Position numbers and translations under genes: made by a program
Part shown: in pieces, positions 42,001-51,000 of the stretch
Numbering within the stretch: position 1 is the stretch's first letter
How the letters are laid out: the number at the start of each line of letters is the position of its first letter
Notes under the pieces: generated by a model
The model's input: the letters and a program-made list of their open reading frames with translations, nothing else
Told to the model about the DNA's origin: nothing
The model's database searches: none
Assembly (NCBI GenBank): GCA_046563655.1
Contig: CM102287.1
Span: forward strand, 3,348,001 to 3,412,000
Source: Yuukianura sp. NJ FZ-2021
Taxonomy: Eukaryota
Reading direction: 5' to 3'
DNA: 64,000 nucleotides

Positions 42001-45000
42001 AAAAAATTCATTTTTTCATTGAAAACTCCCCAACAAGTCATTCTGAGCTTTCTGAGATCTGAAAATTGCACTCCGATATTTTGCCTCGGGAAGCCCATCT
42101 GAAGTGAACCAAGCTCAATTTTTGTCAAAAAATTCATTTTGTTCATTCAAAACTCTCCAAAAAGTCATTCTGAGCTTTCTGAGAACTGAAAATTGCACTC
42201 CGATATTTTGCCTCGGAAAGCCCATCTGAAGTGAACCAAGCTCAATTTTTGTCAAAAAATTCATTTTGTTCATTCAAAACTCCCCAAAAAGTCATTCTGA
42301 GCTTTCTGAGAACTGAAAATTGCACTCCGATATTTTGCCTCGGAAAGCCCATCTGAAGTGATTCAAGCTCACTTTTTGTCAAAAGATCTTTTTTTTTTCA
42401 TTCAAAACTCCCCAAAAAGTCATTCTGAGCTTTCTGAGAACTGAAAATTGCACTCCGATATTTTGCCTCGGAAAGCCCATCTGAAGTGATTCAAGCTCAA
42501 TTTTTGTCAAAAGATCTTTTTTTTTTCATTGAAAACTCCCCAAAAAGTCATTCGGAGCTTCCTGAGAACTGAAAATTGCACTCCGATATTTTGCCTCGGA
42601 AAGCCCATCTGAAGTGATTCAAGCTCAATTTTTGTCAAAAAATTCATTTTTTTCATTCAAAACTCCCCAAAAAGTCATTCTGAGCTTTCTGAGAACTGAA
42701 AATTGCACTCCGATATTTTGCCTCGGAAAGCCCATCTGAAGTGAACCAAGCTCAATTTTTGTCAAAAAATTCATTTTTTTCATTCAAAACTCCCCAAAAA
42801 GTCATTCTGAGCTTTCTGAGAACTGAAAATTGCACTCCGATATTTTGCCTCGGAAAGCCCATCTGAAGTGAACCAAGCTCAATTTTTGTCAAAAAATTCA
42901 TTTTTTCATTCAAAACTCCCCAAAAAGTCATTCTGAGCTTTCTGAGAACTGAAAATTGCACTCCGATATTTTGCCTCGGAAAGCCCATCTGAAGTGAACC
43001 AAGCTCAATTTTTGTCAAAAAATTCAATTGTTTCATTCAAAACTCCCCAAAAAGTCATTCTGAGCTTTCTGAGAACTGAAAATTGCACTCCGATATTTTG
43101 CCTCGGAAAGCCCATCTGAAGTGAACCAAGCTCAATTTTTGTCAAAAAATTCATTTGTTTCATTCAAAACTCTCCAAAAAGTCATTCTGAGCTTTCTGAG
43201 AACTGAAAATTGCACTCCGATATTTTGCCTCGGAAAGCCCATCTGAAGTGATTCAAGCTCAATTTTTGTCAAAAAATTAGAGTAAGTGTTTATTTGAAAA
43301 CTCCCCAAAAAGTCATTCGGAGCTTTCTGAGAACTGAAAATTGCACTCCGATATTTTGCCTCGGAAAGCCCATCTGAAGTGAACCAAGCTCAATTTTTGT
43401 CAAAAGATCTTTTTTTTTCATTCAAAACTCCCCAAAAAGTCATTCTGAGCTTTCTGAGAACTGAAAATTGCACTCCGATATTTTGCCTCGGAAAGCCCAT
43501 CTGAAGTGAACCAAGCTCAATTTTTGTCAAAAAATTCATTTTTTTCATTCAAAACTCCCCAAAAAGTCATTCTGAGCTTTCTGAGAACTGAAAATTGCAC
43601 TCCGATATTTTGCCTCGGAAAGCCCATCTGAAGTGAACCAAGCTCAATTTTTGTCAAAAAATTCATTTGTTTCATTCAAAACTCTCCAAAAAGTCATTCT
43701 GAGCTTTCTGAGAACTGAAAATTGCACTCCGATATTTTGCCTCGGAAAGCCCATCTGAAGTGATTCAAGCTCAATTTTTGTCAAAAAATTCAATTTTTTC
43801 ATTCAAAACTCCCCAAAAAGTCATTCTGAGCTTTCTGAGAACTGAAAATTGCACTCCGATATTTTGCCTCGGAAAGCCCATCTGAAGTGAACCAAGCTCA
43901 ATTTTTGTCAAAAAATTCATTTTTTTCATTCAAAACTCCCCAAAAAGTCATTCTGAGCTTTCTGAGAACTGAAAATTGCACTCCGATATTTTGCCTCGGA
44001 AAGCCCATCTGAAGTGAACCAAGCTCAATTTTTGTCAAAAAATTCATTTGTTTCATTAAAAACTCCCCTAAAAGTCATTCTGAGCTTTCTGAGAACTGAA
44101 AATTGCACTCCGATATTTTGCCTCGGAAAGCCCATCTGAAGTGATTCAAGCTCAATTTTTGTCAAAAGATCTTTTTTTTTTCATTGAAAACTCCCCAAAA
44201 AGTCATTCTGAGCTTTCTGAGAACTGAAAATTGCACTCCGATATTTTGCCTCGGAAAGCCCATCTGAAGTGAACCAAGCTCAATTTTTGTCAAAAAATTC
44301 ATTTTTTCATTCAAAACTCCCCAACAAGTCATTCTGAGCTTTCTGAGATCTGAAAATTGCACTCCGATATTTTGCCTCGGGAAGCCCATCTGAAGTGAAC
44401 CAAGCTCAATTTTTGTCAAAAAATTCATTTTGTTCATTCAAAACTCCCCAAAAAGTCATTCTGAGCTTTCTGAGATCTGAAAATTGCACTCCGATATTTT
44501 GCCTCGGGAAGCCCATCTGAAGTGAACCAAGCTCAATTTTTGTCAAAAAATTCATTTTGTTCATTCAAAACTCCCCAAAAAGTCATTCTCATTCTTTTTA
44601 TTTCTACCTTTAATCCAATTATTCACTACTTCACAACATTTCTTAATTCTTAAATGCAATTTTCGACAATACAAAATTAGAGTAAGTGTTTATTTGAAAA
44701 ACCCGTAAATAATGGGAAATAAACTAAACTAAACTAAAAAAAAAAAAACTAAAAAATTGCACTCCCATATTTTGCCTCGGAAAGCCCATCTGAAGTGAAC
44801 CAAGCTCAATTTTTGTCAAAAGATCTTTTTTTTTCATTCAAAACTCCCCAAAAAGTCATTCTGAGCTTTCTGAGAACTGAAAATTGCACTCCGATATTTT
44901 GCCTCGGAAAGCCCATCTGAAGTGAACCAAGCTCAATTTTTGTCAAAAAATCTTTTATTTTCATTCAAAACTCCCCAAAAAGTCATTCTGAGCTTTCTGA

Positions 45001-45930
45001 GAACTGAAAATTGCACTCCGATATTTTGCCTCGGAAAGCCCATCTGAAGTGAACCAAGCTCAATTTTTGTCAAAAAATTCATTTGTTTCATTGAAAACTC
45101 CCCAAAAAGTCATTCTGAGCTTTCTGAGAACTGAAAATTGCACTCCGATATTTTGCCTCGGAAAGCCCATCTGAAGTGATTCAAGCTCAATTTTTGTCAA
45201 AAAATTCAATTTTTTCATTCAGAACTCCCCAAAAAGTCATTCTGAGCTTTCTGAGAACTGAAAATTGCACTCCGATATTTTGCCTCGGAAAGCCCATCTG
45301 AAGTGAACCAAGCTCAATTTTTGTCAAAAAATTCATTTTTTTCATTCAAAACTCCCCAAAAAGTCATTCTGAGCTTTCTGAGAAGTGAAAATTGCACTCC
45401 GATATTTTGCATCGGAAAGCTCATCTGAAGTGAACCAAGCTCAATTTTTGTCAAAAAATTCATTTTGTTCATTCAAAACTCCCCAAAAAGTCATTCTGAG
45501 CTTTCTGAGAACTGAAAATTGCACTCCGATATTTTGCCTCGGAAAGCCCATCTGAAGTGAACCAAGCTCAATTTTTGTCAAAAAATCCATTTTTTTCATT
45601 GAAAACTCCCCAAAAAGTCATTCTGAGCTATCTGAGAACTGAAAATTGCACTCCGATATTTTGCCTCGGAAAGCCCATCTGAAGTGAACTAATCCCAAAT
45701 TTTGTCAAAAAATTATATCTTTCCCTCAAAACTCCCCAAAAGTCATTCTTGGCTATCTGAGAAGTGAAAATTGCAAACCGACATTATTCTTCTGAAAGCC
45801 CATAGGAAGTGAACCAATCTCAATTTTTGTGGAAAAAAAAATCTAGTTTTTTCACTCAAAACTCCCCAAAAAGTCATTCTGGGCTATCTGAGAAGTGAAA
45901 ATTGAAAACCCACATTATGCTCCAGGAGCC
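1..45930. repeat. ~127-bp tandem satellite DNA array (~360 monomers; continues beyond the left edge); candidate centromeric/pericentromeric satellite
   Basis: Directly visible unit tcaaaaaattcattt(t/g)tttcatt(g/c)aaaactccccaaaaagtcattctgagctttctgagaactgaaaattgcactccgatattttgcctcggaaagcccatctgaagtgaaccaagctcaatttttg repeated head-to-tail in one orientation. Monomers are mostly 126-128 bp because of T-tract length. Interrupted at ~44,590-44,752; the last two monomers (~45,690-45,930) are strongly diverged. The centromeric role is inference only. Confidence 0.98.
44590..44752 (+). mobile_element. ~165-bp non-satellite insertion resembling the 3' end of a 5'-truncated non-LTR retroelement or other retroposed sequence
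   Basis: AT-rich unique sequence replacing about 'gagctttctgagaactg' of a monomer. It ends in AATAAA (44,718-44,723), (CTAAA)n repeats and an A-run. No target-site duplication is seen; there is a small target deletion instead. Confidence 0.55.
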
Positions 45931-46060
45931 GAATTCTTTTAAAATAGACCGGTCTTGCCTTAAGACTTTGTCTCGAGACCGCCGAAGACGGTCTTGTAGA
46001 CGGAATTCAGCGAAACGGTCTATTTATAGTCCCTAAGACCGACTATAGTCGAACACTTCA

Positions 46061-46088
46061 GGAGGGTCGCGGGTTCGAATCCCCAGCC
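46061..46088 (+). other. tRNA T-arm / Pol III B-box fragment (tRNA- or SINE-derived)
   Basis: ggagggtcgcgGGTTCGAATCCccagcc: canonical B-box GGTTCGAATCC at 46,072-46,082, preceded by a variable-loop-like ggtcgc. No A-box, D-arm or acceptor stem is recognisable, so this is not a complete tRNA gene. Confidence 0.55.
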
Positions 46089-46413
46089 TGTGAAAAGTTT
46101 TTTTCACTTATTGATAGTGAAGTGAACACCCATAGTGAACACCCATATGAAGTGAACCCAAGGTAAATATAATACTACTCGGTAGTGCGAATGGGAACTT
46201 TGTTTGGTTGCCATGTCTAAAAAAAAATGACGTCACTCGCTGAAAAATACCGGAATTCTGCTCATTATTGATGGTGTCCTATAGAAACCCGTAAGACACA
46301 TTTTGTTTACATAGATGTCAGCGGGTTCCATTTTCACGATTACGGTATTTTTGCAGCGGGTGACGTCACAAACAAAAATTGTGTTGGTTGCTATTGGCGC
46401 CATTTGCAGGGGG

Positions 46414-46460
46414 CTGAAGTGAACCAATCTCAATTTTTGTGAAAAAAAATCCTATTTTTC
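46414..46460 (+). repeat. Isolated degenerate satellite fragment
   Basis: ctgaagtgaaccaatctcaatttttgtgaaaaaaaatc matches the diverged terminal monomer (gaagtgaaccaatctcaatttttgtggaaaaaaaaatc, ~45,806-45,843). It resumes approximately where the last monomer breaks off at 45,930. Confidence 0.75.
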
Positions 46461-46530
46461 AAAATTCTGCCACGTCAAAAAGTTAGAAAACAGGTGAATT
46501 TTTCCCGAGAAAAACATTTCGAGACGTTAA

Positions 46531-47419
46531 CGCCTGTTTATACCGGACCACTGGATGGATTTTCCTTCCACTGGACTGCAATCCAGTCGTTCACACCAGA
46601 TTTAATCCGTCTGGATGGATCATCCAGAGAAAGTTGGGGTGGATTTTTTTTTCCACTGGACTGGATTTCCATCGTTCACACCGAGAAAATCCGTCCACGG
46701 AAATTTTTTCCACTGGATTTTCTTGTAATGTTGAGAGATGGGAGAAACGATCCAGACCAAAAGTTCACTCAGTTCAACTTTTGGTCTGGATTGATCATCA
46801 AATTTGCAGTGTGCCCCAATCACACATGGGAACTTTTGAGACAATAAGCTCGAATGACGAAACTAATCTCAAAAGTACAGTTTTTGGAATGTTAATTACT
46901 TTTTCAAATAATTAGTCAAAGTAAATAGGTTGAATTACGCCTAACAACGTATCAACATTTAATTTAACCTACTAATACGAGGTTAGCGCTAACATGAGAG
47001 TAACAATTAATCTGTCATGTGTGCAAGTATTGCTAAGTCCTTGTATGTATACTGAAAAACATGTTCTGGTATAATTCGTATCGTACGTTCTTTGAATCTT
47101 CAATATCTCCTGAGTCTTCCATTGTTAACTATAATTAGTTATTTTGATGTTGTCAGCTGTTGAAAACAGCAATTAACTCTTTGTTGACACATTTAAACTT
47201 TGATTGGAAAGGCAGGCGCCTTTCTGAAATCCAGGGTGGAAAAACAGCGTTCATACCGCGTCCCTGGATTTTTTTTCCAGTGGAAGGAAAATCCATCCAT
47301 GGAAAAAAAATCCACCCCTCACTTTCCCCAAAATCTGGTATGAACGCGACAAATTTTTTCCACTGGACTGGACGTCCAGTGGAAGGAAAATCCATCCAGT
47401 GGTCCGGTATAAACAGGCC
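46531..47419. mobile_element. Non-autonomous DNA transposon (MITE), probably PIF/Harbinger type
   Basis: Perfect 45-bp inverted repeat: 46,532-46,576 (gcctgtttataccggaccactggatggattttccttccactggac) versus 47,374-47,418. Further imperfect subterminal inverted blocks occur (cgttcacaccagattt / aaatctggtatgaacg; gaaagttggggtggattttttt / aaaaaaatccacccctcactttc). The GGCCTGTTT-type end and flanking TAA/TGA triplets fit Harbinger 3-bp TWA-like TSDs imperfectly. No transposase ORF. Confidence 0.8.
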
Positions 47420-48077
47420 TGAGTTCGCGTGAAATTTCCACCAGTCAGATACATCCAAATGTTGAATTTCAGCTAAATTTTTCGAAAATCCAATTCTTCC
47501 GAAAGTAAGCGTAGAAGTGAATTTTTCAAAATTTACAAATAAAATGTGCAAGTACAAGTAGTACTTAGAAGTTTTCTGTGTAAAGCAAACCGCGGGAAGG
47601 AGTACAAGGAGATGAGTGGTCAACTACGTCAACCGGATTGGGAAATCCGAAGAAACAACGCAACGGGAGCAATTGGATTCTCTGATTCTCATCATCATCA
47701 CTTCCTCCATCATTCTGGAATTCATGTATTAATCGATTAATCATCAGCGTCGTTTTACTTTCTCATTGTGATCTGTTCTTTCTTCTGGTTCATGTTCCAT
47801 CACAATGTCGGTGATTGACGTCATTAGACTCAGTTGTTTCCTTCAAACAAGATTTATCCACATTCTGTCATAATTTCAAACACATCATAAAAAATCAGCT
47901 GCATTGCACTGGCAGGTAGTTGTTTGCTTTTTTGTTTACGCTTAAAATTTTGATCTAGTCTTTTACCCCCATTAGAACTAAGCTGGGATGAAATGCTCGT
48001 ATTTTTGAAGCCGATTGGCCGATGTCGCTAGAGTAAAGTGACTACTATTAGATGTTTGGAAAAACTTGGATGTCAAA

Positions 48078-51000
48078 ATGTCAACACCGTCGGATCGACT
48101 TTGGAAAGGCCGGGGAAGCTGTACGTCACATCAAGAAGACAAGGGTAGGTTGTTCAGTTGTACCAGCAATGAATTCAATTAAATTATCCCAGATTTATTA
48201 TGTGTTGTCCAGGGTTCGAAACAGAAGCGACAGAGACGGTTGTGGACATGGTGTCAATGTTAAGCTGTCAGGATCCAAGCAATGCTCAGAGAATTCTGTT
48301 AGCACTAACGGGATCAGCCGAAAGTTGTCAGGCTCTGCGTAAAGCAGGTTGGACAGGACACCAACCACCAACCAGTTCTGGTATTAATAAGAGTCATGGA
48401 TTCAATTTTTACCGTTTTTGTTATTTTTCCTTTCAGGTTGCATTCCGCTGCTAATTCAAATCCTGCATCCAATCAACGTGCCGATCGACGATCAACCAAC
48501 GTCACAAACGAAGCTCAGAGCAGCCCAGACGCTGAAAAACGTTGTGCAATTTAACTGTGATGAAAAGACAAAACGGAAAGAGATGCGAGTCCTCAAGCTC
48601 CTTGAATCCTTGCGTTCCTATGTTGACTATCTCAAAAATCGTGGTAATTGCATAAATCTTGACATAAATCACACAACTAAGCAATCACTACCGTTTTCAC
48701 TTTTTTAGTTGGAGAAGTGGATGGTTTGATGTCAACGGAAAAACATCCCATAGCCAGCTCAACTGCCCTCATGAAACTTTCGTTTGACGAGGATCATCGG
48801 AACGCCATGTGTCTTCTTGGAGCAATTCATACTTTGGCAGACTTAATTCAAGTAATTACCTAGTAGCGAATTAAGCTAATTAATCACTTAATTTAAATCT
48901 AATTACTTTTTAGACTGATCACAAAGCCCATGGAATTAATGAGAATGGAGACTGTGTTACGATGCGACGTTACAACGGAATGACTTTAACGAACTTAACT
49001 GTGGGAGACAAGCGAAACAAACTACTGTTGGGGACGATGCGTGAATTTATGATTGCTTTGGTAGCTCAACTGGATTCACCAAGTGAAGATGTTTGTCAGG
49101 TATTTCAATTAAACTTTAAAATATAAACTAATTACTGCTTGATTAGAAAATTACTCGGTAATTACTCGATATCGATTAATTATGATCCACTACACTATGA
49201 TACATAAGTGTTGTTGCTGTGTTGTCCATTAGGTGATGGCCTCTGTACTTCGGAATCTGTCGTGGCATGCTTCCAGTGCTCTCAAAGCATCTCTAGTCGA
49301 CTCGAACGCTGTTCGTAAACTAATGCTCACTGCCATCAAGGCCAAAAAGGAGTCAACCTTGAAGGCAGCCCTCTCCGCCCTCTGGAACTTGTCTGCTCAT
49401 TCCCATGCAAATAAAGTAAAAAACAGCATGAATCTCGAGTTTTGCAGAATTTTTAATTTGACTTTTTGAATTTCAGATAGCAATTTGTCATACGCCGGAT
49501 GCAATTGACTTTCTCGTGAGCTTACTGGAATCCAGAACGCTGACGATTGTTGAAAACGCTGGAGGAATTCTAACAAACATTTCCATTGTAACGACAACCG
49601 ACGAAAGTACGCGTGAGAGGTTCCGCACATGCGGAATTCTGGAGATTCTCCTGGACCATTTACAGTCTTCAAGCATTCTGGTTGTCGGAAATGCTTGTGG
49701 GATGCTGTGGCATTTGTCGAATTGTGACCTTGTAAGTTCGATAACCACGTCTACTTACATAACTTACATAACGTGCTTACATAACTTACATAACTTCCTT
49801 ACATAAGTTACATTTTTACAGAACCAAGAGAAATTGATCCAGTTAGGAGCAATGCGGAAGTTGAAAGTTCTTGCAGGTTCAAAACATGAAAGAATCAAGC
49901 ACGGAGCTTGCTCAACTCTAAGAAATATTTTGAGCAATCGCGAGGTAATGTTACAGAAAACTTCAAAAACTTTTAAACCTTTTTTTGAATTTGATTTTTT
50001 TTTTTGTAGTTGACTGTTCAGTCACCCCAAGTAGAACCAATTCGTCCGTCTTCTCAGGACTTGACTTCGGCTGCAGAACAACAACAACCGATGGATCTCC
50101 GTAAAAGTGTTTCAGCAGCATCGGATCAAACTGGTTCGCCTCTCAAACCCTCCGATCTCCAACTCCTGCCAAACGAACCTCTCGACCTGTCTTTTCACTC
50201 GTCCAAGTCAACGCCAATCCATACAGTGTCAGCCACCGAATTTGGCCCACGGCCAAAAGGAATTCCATTTCTGAACCCTCCACTTCAGAGCAAGAATGCA
50301 TTTAGTTATGATTCTCCAAAGAACTACAACTCTTGTCCAGAGTTTGTAAGATATATTCAACCAGCGCATAAGTCTTCTCCATTGGATTTTAGTCATGAAT
50401 CAGCTGGAGGAGGAGGATCAAGAGTGGCAGAGGATGCGACGATCAACTACTCTCTTCATTTCCATGAACCTCCAGAAGATCCAGTTACAATCAAAAGTGA
50501 AGATACAGTTAAAACTTACTACTGTGAAGGAACTCCACTCAACTTTAGCACTTCCAATTCTATGACGGATTTAACTCAAGTAGAAAAACCAGTAAAACTC
50601 AAACCAATTATTGAGACTGAGACGACAGATGATCTGCCCAGAAAGTATTGCACAGAATCCACTCCAGCTACGTTCTCAAGAGCCTCGTCTTTATCCTCAA
50701 TCGCTTCAAATTTGCAGGGCGGGGAGAACAAGGTAAACTTGGAAACATGATTTTGAGAAAAAAAAATTTTTTTTTAATGTTGAGTTTTTCGAAAATATTT
50801 GATTTTATGTTTAGGCTGAGTACTTTGAAGAACAGTGTCCCAAAGTTACAAATGGAAATGGGTGTTTAACTTCAAAAGACGGCGGAAGAGGAAAGAGAAA
50901 TGTCACTTTTTCAGCAGCCGATACACCGCTGATGTTCAGTCGAACGAGTTCAGTCAATTCTCTGGACAGTGTTGAAATCAACTACGAAGATGCTGGCAGT

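Noticed and set aside
3930..44437. Dozens of minus-strand ORFs with the 42-aa repeat FLTKIELGSLQMGFPRQNIGVQFSVLRKLRMTFWGVFNEK
   Set aside because: They arise wherever a 126-bp monomer keeps a stop-free frame in phase. Most monomers are 127 bp and frameshift, so there is no sign of coding constraint.
1..45930. CRISPR array or tandem 5S/tRNA/snRNA gene array
   Set aside because: There are no unique spacers and the context is eukaryotic. I recognise no 5S, tRNA or snRNA sequence or Pol III boxes in the monomer.
46030..46100. Complete tRNA gene
   Set aside because: Only the T-arm/B-box is present; no D-arm or acceptor stem can be folded.
46494..47623. ORFs overlapping the inverted-repeat element
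   Set aside because: They are translations of the MITE inverted repeats (mirrored peptides on both strands) with no transposase motifs.
47546..47740. His-rich short ORF as a possible extra APC first exon
   Set aside because: It has no APC similarity, and I found no phase-compatible splice to the downstream exon; more likely 5'UTR or promoter sequence.
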